Made by a program: the position numbers and the translations under genes
Part shown: in pieces, positions 40,715 to 50,942 of the stretch
Layout: the number at the start of each line of letters is the position of its first letter
Position numbering within the stretch: the first letter of the stretch is position 1
Notes under the pieces: generated by a model
What the model was told of the DNA's origin: nothing
Seen by the model: the letters and a program-made list of their open reading frames with translations, nothing else
Database searches by the model: none
Assembly (NCBI GenBank): GCA_001464455.1
Contig: LNEI01000018.1
Location: 411,343 to 475,342, forward strand
DNA length: 64,000 nt
Reading direction: 5' to 3'
Source of the DNA: Acidobacteria bacterium Ga0077534
GTDB taxonomy: Bacteria > Acidobacteriota > Blastocatellia > Pyrinomonadales > Pyrinomonadaceae

Positions 40715-43700
40715 ATGCCGAAAAATTCCACAAAAGACACGATCGCCTCCGTAGCGACATCGCTCGATGAAGGAACGTTTCGCGGCTTTATCGAAAATCT
40801 CCCCGTGATGTTCTACGCGGTCGGCCCGACCCCGCCTCACCGCCCACTATATATAAGCCCGACGTTCGACCGCTTTGGCTATCCGATGAACGAATGGTTG
40901 ACGGACCCTGATATCTGGGACCGCGTTATCCATGTCGAAGACCGCGACCGGGTCTTGAAGGCGACGAGGTCCGCGATGAAGAAAGGGGAAAGCGTTGACT
41001 TCGAGTATCGAGCCGTGTGCCGTGACGGCGAGATAGTTTGGGTCCGTGATCGAAGTTGTTTCATTTACGACTCAAACGGAGAGAAAGTATGCTGGCAGGG
41101 TGTGATCTTGGACATCACAAAGCGTGTAGTCATCGAAGAGGAGCTTTCTCGGCGAGAGAGTCTATATCACACGCTTGCGTCGCATATAAAGCGAAATGAC
41201 GTTATGTTGTTCGACCGCGACCTTCGATATACGCTCGCGGAAGGTGAGCGCCTTCGACTCGGACGATACAAGCGCGAAGACTACGTTGGAAAGACACTGT
41301 ATGAAGGCTTCCCTGCTGAAGCGGTTGAATACTGGGAACCATTGTATTTGAGAACGCTAGCTGGTGAGGAAAGTTCGTTCGAGTACGAAAATGAGCATGG
41401 CTTTTTCCACGTAGACCTGCAGCCTGTAAGGGATGAAAGAGGTGAGACATTTGCCGGGATGGTAATGTGGGAGGAGATCACCGAGCGAAAACGAGCAGAA
41501 GCCGCACTTCGAGAGAGCGAAGCCCGATACCGACAGCTTTTCGAGAACGCAAACGACATCATTTACGTCCACGACCTAGAAGGAAATTACATTTCGATCA
41601 ATCAAGCGGGCGAGCGGATATTTGGGTACACGCGTGATGAGGTACTGTCCCTCAATATGTCGACGGTGGTTGCTCCTGAACACGTCGAGATGGTCAAGCA
41701 CCAGCTCGACAGAAAGGTAGCCGGGGATATCGAACAAACGGTTTACGAAGTCGATTGTTTGCGGAAAGATGGTTCGCGAGCAACGCTTGAGGTTAACAGC
41801 AGCGTTGTACTGCAAGACGGCAAGCCTGTCGCAGTTCAGGGCATCGCCCGCGATATTACGGAACGGAAGGCAACCGAGCAGGCTCTTCGTCGAAGCGAGG
41901 AAAACCTCGCGGCCGCGCAGCGCATTACACATCTTGGCAGTTGGGAACTTGAGATCCTGGATGTAAACGACTCGACAAAAAACGTTATAACTTGTTCGGA
42001 CGAGGTCTATCGTATTTTCGGATACGATCCTCAAGCTGTCGATGTGTCAACAGAGTTTGTGTATCGTGCACTGCATGAAGATGACCTGGACAACGTCAGC
42101 AAGGCATTCTCCCATGCTGTAAATGAACGGAGTTTCCTGGATATCGAATCGCGGATCGTTCTGCCAAGCGGAGAAATAAGACTCGTGAACGCAAAGGCAG
42201 AAACAGTTTACTCCGAAACCGATAATTCGCCGGTAAAAATGATCGGAACGATCCAGGACATCACGGAAAGGCACAATTCCGAAGAAGCCGTAAAGCAAAG
42301 TGAAGCCCGGTTCCGTGACCTTTTTGAAAATGCGAATGACCTGATCTATACGCATGACCTGAATGGAAATTTTACATCACTGAACCGGGCCGGTGAGCTG
42401 ATCACGGGCTATTCTCGTGAAGAGGCTATGACCATGAATATCACGCAGGTTGTAGCACCGGAGTTTCTGCGGCCGACACGTACGATAACAGCGCGTGGTT
42501 CGTCCGGACTCGACAAACCTCGAACCTACGAGATAGAGATCATCGCAAAGCATGGAAATCGCGTGGCGCTTGAGATAAGCACCCGCATGATCGTTATTGA
42601 TGGATTGCCAGCGGGCGTCCAGGGCATCGGCAGAGATATTTCCGAGCGAAGAAACGCCGAGTCTTCCCTGCACCGAGCTCTCTCGCTGCTTACATCGACA
42701 TTCGAATCAACTGCCGACGGTATCGTGGTAATGAGCCTCGACCGCGAGATCGTAACCTGTAACCGAAAGTTTGTGGAGATGTGGGGGATCGATGATTCGA
42801 TCATTGAAGGAAAAAGCGGAGAACGATTGATCGCTGTCCTTTGTGAACAGATAAAAGACAGCGAAGAGTTCAGACGGCAACTTGAAGATGTTTATTCCGA
42901 TCCGGAAGCGATCGCGACCGCTACCCTTGAATTAAAGGACGGCCGAATCTTTGAACGCTATTCGCAGCCACAGTATCTTGAAGGTAAAGCTGTGGGGCGT
43001 GTTGCTTGTTTTCGCGACATTACCGAACGAAAATATGCCGAAGAAAAACTTAGGCACTATGCTCTTCACGATACGCTCACAGAACTCCCAAACCGCGCAG
43101 CATTCATGGATCACCTTCGCCAGGCGGTAGAACGAGCCGGCAGCAGCGACTACTCAAAATTTGCTGTGCTGTTTCTCGACCTTGATAGATTTAAGGTCAT
43201 AAACGACAGCCTTGGCCATGCTGTGGGGGACAAGCTTCTAATAGCGATCGCCTCGCGCCTGACAAGCTGCGTGCGTCCGGGCGACGTGGTCGCACGATTG
43301 GGTGGTGACGAGTTTACCATCCTGCTTAATCGGAGCGGCGGACTGGACGAGGTGATCGGGGTCGCGGAGCGATTACAGGCTCGTATCTCGGAGCCCTTCA
43401 AGATAGATAATTACGAAGTTTTCACGACGGCTAGTATCGGGATAATCGCGTCGGGCGGTGCTGCTCGCGAGGCGGAAGAATATCTTCGCGATGCGGACGC
43501 TGCAATGTACCGTGCAAAGGAAGCTGGAAAGGCACGTCACGAGGTGTTCGACCAGGAAATGCACGTCAGAAATATGAATCTGCTTCAGGTCGAGACCGAT
43601 CTTAGGCATGCAGTCGATCGCGGCGAATTTGAGGTGCTGTATCAACCGATAATCGATATGCGGACCGGGTCGGTTACCGAATTTGAGGCGTTGATAAGGT

Positions 43701-44419
43701 GGAGGCATCCCGTGCACGGGCTTGTGGGGCCGGACGAGTTCATCCACGTCGCCGAAGAGACAGGGCTGATAATACAGATCGGCAAGTGGATAATCGAAGA
43801 ATCGTGCCGCCAAGTGGCCGAATGGCAGCGGACGTGCGGGAACAGGCTTTCGGTAAGCGTCAATCTTTCGGCAAAGCAGTTAATGCATCCAAACCTTACC
43901 ATGCAGGTCGCCGAGATCCTCCTCGAAACCGGTCTGGAGCCAATTCAACTAAAGCTCGAAGTAACCGAAAGCACTGTCATGGAACACAGTGAGCGTTCGC
44001 TGAAGGTTCTATCAGACCTCGACCGTCTCGGCATCAGCCTCTCAACCGATGACTTTGGGACTGGCTATTCTTCCCTCAGCTACTTGCAAAGATTTCCATT
44101 CGAGCGCCTTAAGATCGACAGGTCATTTATAAACGTAATGGACTCAGAAGAAAAAAGCGGAGCCATTGTTAAGACGATACTTATGCTTGGCGAGAACCTC
44201 GGAATCGAGGTTGTTGCCGAGGGCATTGAGACAGTGTCGCAACTCGAAAAACTTCGGTCACTTGGATGCACCATGGGCCAGGGCTACTTATTCTCAAGAC
44301 CTATCGACCGAGAGTCAGCTTCCGCGTTTCTTGACGCGGGTGGCAATATTTTTGCAGATAATCCGGCTCTGGCCTTCCGTAACCCAACACCGATGATCGA
44401 AGTAAACGATATTCAGTAA
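40715..44419 (+). CDS. multi-PAS sensor diguanylate cyclase/phosphodiesterase (PAS x5-6, GGDEF, EAL)
   Basis: 1234 aa. Repeated PAS/PAC blocks (..RDITERK..), GGDEF (RLGGDEFTIL), and an EAL domain (FEALIRW, DDFGTGYSSL, KIDRSF, EGIET). Confidence 0.9.
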   Translation: MPKNSTKDTIASVATSLDEGTFRGFIENLPVMFYAVGPTPPHRPLYISPTFDRFGYPMNEWLTDPDIWDRVIHVEDRDRVLKATRSAMKKGESVDFEYRAVCRDGEIVWVRDRSCFIYDSNGEKVCWQGVILDITKRVVIEEELSRRESLYHTLASHIKRNDVMLFDRDLRYTLAEGERLRLGRYKREDYVGKTLYEGFPAEAVEYWEPLYLRTLAGEESSFEYENEHGFFHVDLQPVRDERGETFAGMVMWEEITERKRAEAALRESEARYRQLFENANDIIYVHDLEGNYISINQAGERIFGYTRDEVLSLNMSTVVAPEHVEMVKHQLDRKVAGDIEQTVYEVDCLRKDGSRATLEVNSSVVLQDGKPVAVQGIARDITERKATEQALRRSEENLAAAQRITHLGSWELEILDVNDSTKNVITCSDEVYRIFGYDPQAVDVSTEFVYRALHEDDLDNVSKAFSHAVNERSFLDIESRIVLPSGEIRLVNAKAETVYSETDNSPVKMIGTIQDITERHNSEEAVKQSEARFRDLFENANDLIYTHDLNGNFTSLNRAGELITGYSREEAMTMNITQVVAPEFLRPTRTITARGSSGLDKPRTYEIEIIAKHGNRVALEISTRMIVIDGLPAGVQGIGRDISERRNAESSLHRALSLLTSTFESTADGIVVMSLDREIVTCNRKFVEMWGIDDSIIEGKSGERLIAVLCEQIKDSEEFRRQLEDVYSDPEAIATATLELKDGRIFERYSQPQYLEGKAVGRVACFRDITERKYAEEKLRHYALHDTLTELPNRAAFMDHLRQAVERAGSSDYSKFAVLFLDLDRFKVINDSLGHAVGDKLLIAIASRLTSCVRPGDVVARLGGDEFTILLNRSGGLDEVIGVAERLQARISEPFKIDNYEVFTTASIGIIASGGAAREAEEYLRDADAAMYRAKEAGKARHEVFDQEMHVRNMNLLQVETDLRHAVDRGEFEVLYQPIIDMRTGSVTEFEALIRWRHPVHGLVGPDEFIHVAEETGLIIQIGKWIIEESCRQVAEWQRTCGNRLSVSVNLSAKQLMHPNLTMQVAEILLETGLEPIQLKLEVTESTVMEHSERSLKVLSDLDRLGISLSTDDFGTGYSSLSYLQRFPFERLKIDRSFINVMDSEEKSGAIVKTILMLGENLGIEVVAEGIETVSQLEKLRSLGCTMGQGYLFSRPIDRESASAFLDAGGNIFADNPALAFRNPTPMIEVNDIQ

Positions 44420-44428
44420 TAAAGTTAG

Positions 44429-44854
44429 CTATCTTTCGCTCGGCTTAAAAAAGAAGAAAAAGAAGATCGCGGCATGACGTTGGTCTACCTTGCTGGCGTA
44501 ACCTTTGGTTCGCCGCGAGCTGTCCTCGACCGATCCGTTTGAGTTCACATAGCCGAGCGTTGTGCGACTTGCATTCTCGACCGTTCCGTTCGACTTAATG
44601 TAGCCAAGCGTTCTTCGGCTGCTATCCTCGACCGTTCCGTTCGAGCTAAGGTAACCGAGCGTTCTTCGGCTGCTGTCCTCGATAGAGCCGTTCGAATTAA
44701 TGTAACCGAGTGTGCGCCGGCTCGAATCCTCAACGGTCCCGTTTGACGAGATATATCCGATCGTCCGCCGACTGCTATCTTCGATCGTCTGACCCGCTGC
44801 GGTTAGGCTCAACGCCGTCGTAAGCAGCAAAAGTATCGCGAAAGTTCTTTTCAT
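44429..44854 (-). CDS. small secreted tandem-repeat protein (5.7 x 17 aa)
   Basis: Signal peptide MKRTFAILLLLTTALSLTAAGQ, then EDSSRRTLGYI.SNG.V repeated. An ATGA overlap links it to the upstream permease gene. The C-terminus is an odd AAIFFFFFFKPSER. Confidence 0.65.
   Translation of the reverse strand: MKRTFAILLLLTTALSLTAAGQTIEDSSRRTIGYISSNGTVEDSSRRTLGYINSNGSIEDSSRRTLGYLSSNGTVEDSSRRTLGYIKSNGTVENASRTTLGYVNSNGSVEDSSRRTKGYASKVDQRHAAIFFFFFFKPSER
44492..44782 (-). repeat. 51-nt tandem repeat (coding)
   Basis: Five full units (44782-44528) plus a 36-nt partial unit. Unit boundaries were checked codon by codon. Confidence 0.85.
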
Positions 44855-46167
44855 TCTGGTTTATTTTCCTCCTCAACCCTAGTAGAACGGCCAAAGATCC
44901 GAAAACCTGCGAAAAGAATCAAACCGATGACTGCAGCGATCAGGATCTTGACCCCTTCCTTGGCGAAATCAACATTCGCCAGCAGCCAAATGATCAATCC
45001 GATCGAAAGGAGGGCGGCGATAACTCCGAGCGGAACCGCAAACGGCGCGGGCTGCGGCATCGAGTTTCTTCGCCTAAATATTGGTAGGGCGAGACAGGTG
45101 GTCGCATAAACGATCAGTCGAGTGATCGTCGCGATCGCTACAGCGGTCAAAAATGACGACTGGATCGTCAGGATAAGTATTACTATGGCAGTTGCGAGGA
45201 TCGCGACGTACGGGGTTTTGTATTTCTCATGGGTCTTTTCAAAAATTGCCGGGAGATCTCGTTGTTCGCTCATTGCAAACAGCATTCGGGTCGAAGCCAG
45301 AACACCGACGTTCAAATTGCCAAAAATAGAGATCAAAGCCCCTATCGTAATGAACGCGGCTCCGAACGAACCTAGAAAGACAGCAGCGGCGTCCGCTAAT
45401 GGCCGCTCGGATTTGGCTAGTTCCGGCAACGTTCCTATGCTGACGATCTGAATCATTATATAAAATGCAGCAACAATAATGATCCCGGCGATCAATCCGA
45501 ACGGGATGGTCCTGCCTGGTTCCTTTGTCTCGCCGGCCAGAACTACCGACGCTTCAAAGCCTACAAATGCATAGATCAGCAGCAATACCGCTGTCGAAAA
45601 TGTTCCATATTCCGGGACTGCATCGAAGCTAAAATTGTCCGGCGAAACAAAGAACATCCCGACAAGCGCAAATATGAACAACGGTACCAGTTTGCCAATC
45701 GTAAAAACGTTCGTTACCACCGATGATTCCCTGATCCCCATTAGGTTGACGGCAGTTATGATTATCACAACCAGGCAGACGAGAGCGATACGCATCGCGC
45801 CCTCGTTGGCGCCGGGGATAAAAAAGCCCAGGTAGGTGATAAGCAGATTACAGTTCGCTGCAAAGGTCGCCACCCGCACGATCCAATACAGCCATCCGAC
45901 CTCGAAGCCAACGACCGATCCAAACGCCTCTCTTGCGTAGAGATACGGGCCGCCAGTTACGGAAAAGCGGCTCGCAACCTCAGCGTAACAAAGCACGATC
46001 AGCCCCACGATCAGCGCACATGCCACAAACGCAAACAGGCTATACGACCCGATCTGTGCGTAGACCTTGGCTGGCAGCCCAAATATACCCGCACCGATGA
46101 TCGTGTTAACAACGACTGCCGTAAAATCCCACCGGCCAAGGCCGCGAACGAGTTTTCCTTCGCTCAT
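44851..46167 (-). CDS. APC-superfamily amino acid permease
   Basis: 438 aa, about 12 TM helices. The N-terminal LGRWDFTAVVVNTIIGAGIFGLP motif is typical of APC transporters. Confidence 0.85.
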   Translation of the reverse strand: MSEGKLVRGLGRWDFTAVVVNTIIGAGIFGLPAKVYAQIGSYSLFAFVACALIVGLIVLCYAEVASRFSVTGGPYLYAREAFGSVVGFEVGWLYWIVRVATFAANCNLLITYLGFFIPGANEGAMRIALVCLVVIIITAVNLMGIRESSVVTNVFTIGKLVPLFIFALVGMFFVSPDNFSFDAVPEYGTFSTAVLLLIYAFVGFEASVVLAGETKEPGRTIPFGLIAGIIIVAAFYIMIQIVSIGTLPELAKSERPLADAAAVFLGSFGAAFITIGALISIFGNLNVGVLASTRMLFAMSEQRDLPAIFEKTHEKYKTPYVAILATAIVILILTIQSSFLTAVAIATITRLIVYATTCLALPIFRRRNSMPQPAPFAVPLGVIAALLSIGLIIWLLANVDFAKEGVKILIAAVIGLILFAGFRIFGRSTRVEEENKPE

Positions 46168-46332
46168 ATTTTTTTAGGCCGCGATCCGCAGTCGATCCGC
46201 TACATTTCTTGACACGAGATCGCTCAGACCGCAGTTAGGTCAAAGCACAATTTAGGGGGAGCCTTTTTTGGATGACGGAATTCGGATATACTTTGAAGAC
46301 CGCGTCCGTAAAAGATAACACAGGTAAGAAAA

Positions 46333-47310
46333 ATGAGAATAATCAGCTCGATCCTGGCAATTGTTTGCTGTAGTGTTTCGTTCGTTATCGCCCAGGGCGG
46401 CGAGATCGTTAAGCCAAGAGATTACCGGGCTCCGACCATGCGGCCGTCGATTGAACTCAAGGCGATCGTCGACAACGCGGCACGCGAGGCATTACAGGCG
46501 TTCAGCGCTCGTAATATCAAGGCAACCGACTTTGCCATTACGGTCATTGATCTTCGCGAACCGGCAAAATTCAATTGGGCTGAGTACCGCGGCGAGGAGA
46601 AGATCTATCCGGCAAGTGTTGTGAAGATGTTCTTCATGGCCGCTTTGGAGCGACAGCTCGAGGACAAAAAGGTGACGTTCACCCCGGAACTTGAACGCGG
46701 TCTGAAGGACATGATCGTCGATTCTTCGAATGAAGCGACGCAGTACATTCTCGACGTTCTTACGGAGACGGCGAGCGGTGCGGAAATGCCGCAGAAGCAA
46801 TTTGAGGAATGGCAGTATAAGCGAAATCGGTTAAATCGCTGGTTTTCGTCGATGGGCTATACCAACATCAACGTAAATCAGAAGACCTTTTGTGAGGACG
46901 CCTACGGCATCGAACAGCAATCACGAAACTATAAGGGCCAGAACCGCAACATGATCACAACCAACGCGACTGCTCGCCTGCTGGCTGAGATCGTTACCGG
47001 AAACATGAATACGCCGGAGCGCACGGCCCGAATGACCGCTCTTATGAAGCGTGATCCTTTTGCAAAAACTAACGATCCGGACAGCCAGGCGACCGCCTTT
47101 ACTGGGAAGATGCTCATTGACCGCAAAATTACGGATGCAAAACTCTGGTCGAAAGCCGGTTGGACAAGTCGAACCCGCCACGATGCGGCTTATATCGAGA
47201 CCGGTGATGGGATGAAGTTAGTGATCGCGATCTATACGGAAAATCATTCGAACGAGAAAGACGTAATTCCGTTCATCGCAGGGAAACTCTTGGATGGGAT
47301 CAGGAAGTAA
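46333..47310 (+). CDS. class A beta-lactamase-fold serine hydrolase
   Basis: Signal peptide. SxxK (ASVVKMF), SxN (DSSNEAT) and KxG (SKAGWT) motifs occur in the right order and spacing. Confidence 0.7.
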   Translation: MRIISSILAIVCCSVSFVIAQGGEIVKPRDYRAPTMRPSIELKAIVDNAAREALQAFSARNIKATDFAITVIDLREPAKFNWAEYRGEEKIYPASVVKMFFMAALERQLEDKKVTFTPELERGLKDMIVDSSNEATQYILDVLTETASGAEMPQKQFEEWQYKRNRLNRWFSSMGYTNINVNQKTFCEDAYGIEQQSRNYKGQNRNMITTNATARLLAEIVTGNMNTPERTARMTALMKRDPFAKTNDPDSQATAFTGKMLIDRKITDAKLWSKAGWTSRTRHDAAYIETGDGMKLVIAIYTENHSNEKDVIPFIAGKLLDGIRK

Positions 47311-47349
47311 CACGAAAAATATTCAATCAGTTTGTTTAGGAGAATTTTG

Positions 47350-49782
47350 ATGAGAATTAGATATGCACTTTTGGTTTTGATGTTGGTTTTGCCGGCAAGT
47401 TTCTTTGGCCAAGGCTCATATAAACAGCCGCCTAAGGAAATAATGGACGTCCTCAAGGCTCCGGTTACCCCGACAACATCGATCTCACCGGCTCGCGACA
47501 AGATCGCGATGTTTCAGCCGCTTCGCTATCCACCAATTGCCGAATTTGCTCAGCCTTTGCTGCGCATCGCCGGGCTTCGCATAAATCCGAGCACGAACGG
47601 CCAATATCGTCCGTCTTATTCAGTCGCTTTGACGCTGAAGAATGTTTCGGATGGAAAAGAGACAAAGGTTGCGGTTCCTGCCGGAGCTCAACTTATCTCT
47701 CCGTCATGGTCGCCTGACGGCAAACACATCGCCGTTGGCAACGTTACGCCGACCGGCGTCGAGCTTTGGATCGTTGATACGGCGACCGCGAGAGCGAGAA
47801 AAGTTAATGGAGTACAGGTAAATACTGCTTTCGGGGGATTTAACTGGGAAGACTCGAAAACCATTTCGGCCACGCTCGTTCCTTCGAAACGCGGCCCGGC
47901 ACCCGCCTATCAGAACGTGATCCCGTCAGAGCCGAACATTCAGGAAACCTCTGGCCGAAGCGGTGCCATCGCAACGGTCCAAGACCTTTTGAAAACACCA
48001 AATGACGAGCGACTTTTTGAATATTACTGCTCATCGCAGATCGCTTTGATCGGGGTGGATGGAAAGGTCCGCGAGATCGGCACGCCCGCCCTTTACGATA
48101 ATGTCAGCTTCTCGCCCGACGGCAAATACCTCCTGGTATCTCGGATCGAGCGGCCATTTTCTTACCTTTTTGCTTATAACCGCTTTCCACGAAAGGTTGA
48201 GGTTTGGGATTCGAGTGGAAAATTAGTAACGACCATCGCATCGATCCCGCTACAGGACAGCCTGCCTTCGGGCGGCGTGCCGACCGGGCCGCGCGGATAT
48301 AACTGGATACCCGTCGAACCCGCGACACTTATGTGGACAGAGGCTCTCGACGGTGGAAATCCGCGAACGAAAGTTGCACATCGCGATAAGCTAATGAAAT
48401 TTTCGGCTCCGTTTAGCGGTTCAGCGTCCGAGGTTCTGAAGACCGAGCATCGTTTTCAGGGGCGTCAGTTTGGCGAGAAGGATGGAATGATGTGGTTTGG
48501 CGATTTCAATCGTGACACCGCGACTCGCCGTGCCTTCGTTACCGACTACCGCAACCCGACCGAGGTTCGAAAGATCCTCGAACTGAACGTCAACGATCGC
48601 TACAACGACATCGGTCAGCCGGTGACGAAAACGCTTCCGAACGGTGTGACGGTGATCAGGCAGAATGGCGATGAGGTTTTCCTCACGGGTGCGGGTGCTT
48701 CACCGCAGGGTGACCGGCCTTTCTTCCGCCGCATGAATGTCAAAACCCTCAAGGTCGACGAGATCTGGAGAGCCGGCACGGAGGAGTACGAGAGTTTTGC
48801 GGGAATGATCGATGACAACGGGATGAATTTCTTTACGCGGAAAGAGTCATTGCTCGAGCCGTCGAACATCTTTATCCGCCAGGTCTGCCCCGCGGGTCAA
48901 ACGTGTACGGCTCTCGCCTATCGACAGATAACAGAATTCAAGGATCCTGCACCGCAGCTTCGCGGGATCAAGAAACAGCGTGTCGAATACAAACGTGCTG
49001 ACGGCGTGCCGCTCTCATTTACACTTTATTTGCCGCCGGGTTACAAAGAAGGAACGCGGCTTCCGGCTGTGGTATGGGCATATCCTGAGAGCTTCACGGA
49101 TGGTTCGCTCGCCGGACAGGTTTCGGGCTCGACCAATCGGTTCACGCAGATCGGCGGAACGTCACATTTGTTCATGCTACTAAGCGGCTATGCTGTTTTG
49201 GATAACGTTTCTATGCCCATCGTCGGGACTCCGGAGACAAAGAACGACACCTTTGTGAAACAGATCGTTGACGCGGCCCAAGCCGCTATTGATAAGGGAG
49301 TTGAAATGGGCGTCGTCGACCGCGAGCGCGTCGGCGTCGGTGGCCACAGCTATGGAGCTTTTATGACTGCTAACCTCCTCGCACACAGCGATTTGTTCCG
49401 GGCTGGCATCGCACGCAGCGGCGCCTATAATCGAACCCTCACGCCTTTCGGTTTTCAGGATGAGCAGCGTAATTTTTGGGAAGCAACGAACGTCTACACT
49501 TCGGTTTCGCCGTTCTTTTTTGCTAATAAGATAAACGAACCTATCCTGCTCATCCACGGTGAGGCGGACAACAATCAGGGAACGTTCCCGATCCAGTCGG
49601 AACGCCTATACGCCGCGATCAGCGGCAATGGCGGCACAGCTCGTCTAGTGATGCTGCCGCTCGAATCTCATGGATACGCCGCCAAAGAATCGACCGAGCA
49701 CACGCTTTACGAGATGGTCAATTGGATGGATAAGTACGTGAAAAATGCTCAGCCTCGTTCAAATCGAACGGCGGGCAAATAG
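47350..49782 (+). CDS. S9 prolyl-oligopeptidase-family serine peptidase with N-terminal beta-propeller
   Basis: AGGAG lies 7 nt before ATG 47350. Signal peptide MRIRYALLVLMLVLPASFFGQ. Nucleophile elbow GGHSYGAFM, and a C-terminal HGEADNN...ESHGY. Confidence 0.85.
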   Translation: MRIRYALLVLMLVLPASFFGQGSYKQPPKEIMDVLKAPVTPTTSISPARDKIAMFQPLRYPPIAEFAQPLLRIAGLRINPSTNGQYRPSYSVALTLKNVSDGKETKVAVPAGAQLISPSWSPDGKHIAVGNVTPTGVELWIVDTATARARKVNGVQVNTAFGGFNWEDSKTISATLVPSKRGPAPAYQNVIPSEPNIQETSGRSGAIATVQDLLKTPNDERLFEYYCSSQIALIGVDGKVREIGTPALYDNVSFSPDGKYLLVSRIERPFSYLFAYNRFPRKVEVWDSSGKLVTTIASIPLQDSLPSGGVPTGPRGYNWIPVEPATLMWTEALDGGNPRTKVAHRDKLMKFSAPFSGSASEVLKTEHRFQGRQFGEKDGMMWFGDFNRDTATRRAFVTDYRNPTEVRKILELNVNDRYNDIGQPVTKTLPNGVTVIRQNGDEVFLTGAGASPQGDRPFFRRMNVKTLKVDEIWRAGTEEYESFAGMIDDNGMNFFTRKESLLEPSNIFIRQVCPAGQTCTALAYRQITEFKDPAPQLRGIKKQRVEYKRADGVPLSFTLYLPPGYKEGTRLPAVVWAYPESFTDGSLAGQVSGSTNRFTQIGGTSHLFMLLSGYAVLDNVSMPIVGTPETKNDTFVKQIVDAAQAAIDKGVEMGVVDRERVGVGGHSYGAFMTANLLAHSDLFRAGIARSGAYNRTLTPFGFQDEQRNFWEATNVYTSVSPFFFANKINEPILLIHGEADNNQGTFPIQSERLYAAISGNGGTARLVMLPLESHGYAAKESTEHTLYEMVNWMDKYVKNAQPRSNRTAGK

Positions 49783-49808
49783 ATCGTAACCCGTCGTAAC
49801 AAACAATC

Positions 49809-49851
49809 CTGCGGTCTTCGCGTTTCCAGCTAGGTAAAACGAAGACCGCAG
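49809..49851. terminator. stem-loop between convergent genes
   Basis: CTGCGGTCTTCG-N19-CGAAGACCGCAG forms a 12-bp perfect stem. Confidence 0.6.
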
Positions 49852-49876
49852 AAGTTTGTATGAAGCGGGAAAACGC

Positions 49877-50938
49877 CTATTTAAAGACACTCCCGCCCAA
49901 AACAGTCTCGCGAATGTAAGCGACGGTATCCTGTAGAGTTTCCTGCGGATCGCGGGGAGCAAACCCTAACTCATCGTGAGCCTTTGTCGAGTCGAAATAC
50001 CAGAAATACTCTGCCTGCTCGACCTCATTCGGAGCAACCGGCGACGGTTTCCCCCAATTCTTGTACAGCGAACTTACAATGCTCGAGCCTGCCATAGCGA
50101 GCTTTTTCGGCACTCTCAGCATCGGGGCCGAAACACCGCTCAGTCTTTCAAGTCGGCCAAAAAACTGCGCAAAGGTCATGTTTTCTGCTCCCAGCAGATA
50201 ACGTTCCCGATGCCTTCCCTTCTCAAGAGCACCTATAAAAACTGCCGCGGCATCACGGACGTCGACAAAATTTAATCCGCCGCTCGGCGTGTACGGGATC
50301 TTGCGGGCAAGAAAATCGAGCACCGGCTTTGTCGAACTCAACCGCTCGTCGCCCGGGCCGAGCAGAAGCGATGGATTCATGATGACTAGCCTCTGCCCCT
50401 CGCCACTGAAATTCTCAAGAGCAGTCCTTTCCTGAAAATACTTGGAGGCGTAATACGACCAGCGCGTCAAGATATCTATCGGCTGAGGATACGTCTCATC
50501 AACTACCTGGTCAGCCTCGCTTACGGCGATCGTTCCGCTCGACGACGCGAGGATCATCGTTGCGATCCCGGCTTCCGTTGCCGCCTCACACAGCAGTCGC
50601 GTACCTTCCAGGTGAACCCGATTCATTGCAGCAGCATCGTCGTTGTCACGCGAGACCTTTCCAGCGAGATGGAAGATCGAGGAGACGTTCTTGCAAGCCT
50701 TAGCGAGATCGTCGCGATCGGTCACCGAACCTTCAACGGCCTTGACCCCGGCGTCCTTCATCCACTCGGGCACGCTTGACGCAAAAACCTTCAGGTTCGT
50801 CTCGCCCGCATCGAGAAACTGCTGAACTACGTGGGTTCCAAGAAAACCAGTCCCGCCCGTTATCAGTATCCGCTTTTTCTCAGCCTTATCTGTCTTAGCT
50901 AGTGCCTTTGTCTTAGCCATATGAGCAAATCCCGTCAA
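49877..50938 (-). CDS. NAD-dependent epimerase/dehydratase (extended SDR)
   Basis: ILITGGTGFLGTHVV Rossmann motif and the YxxxK region (YYASKYFQE). It starts 4 nt after the GH47 gene stop. An alternative start is at 50920. Confidence 0.8.
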   Translation of the reverse strand: MTGFAHMAKTKALAKTDKAEKKRILITGGTGFLGTHVVQQFLDAGETNLKVFASSVPEWMKDAGVKAVEGSVTDRDDLAKACKNVSSIFHLAGKVSRDNDDAAAMNRVHLEGTRLLCEAATEAGIATMILASSSGTIAVSEADQVVDETYPQPIDILTRWSYYASKYFQERTALENFSGEGQRLVIMNPSLLLGPGDERLSSTKPVLDFLARKIPYTPSGGLNFVDVRDAAAVFIGALEKGRHRERYLLGAENMTFAQFFGRLERLSGVSAPMLRVPKKLAMAGSSIVSSLYKNWGKPSPVAPNEVEQAEYFWYFDSTKAHDELGFAPRDPQETLQDTVAYIRETVLGGSVFK

Positions 50939-50942
50939 AGTA

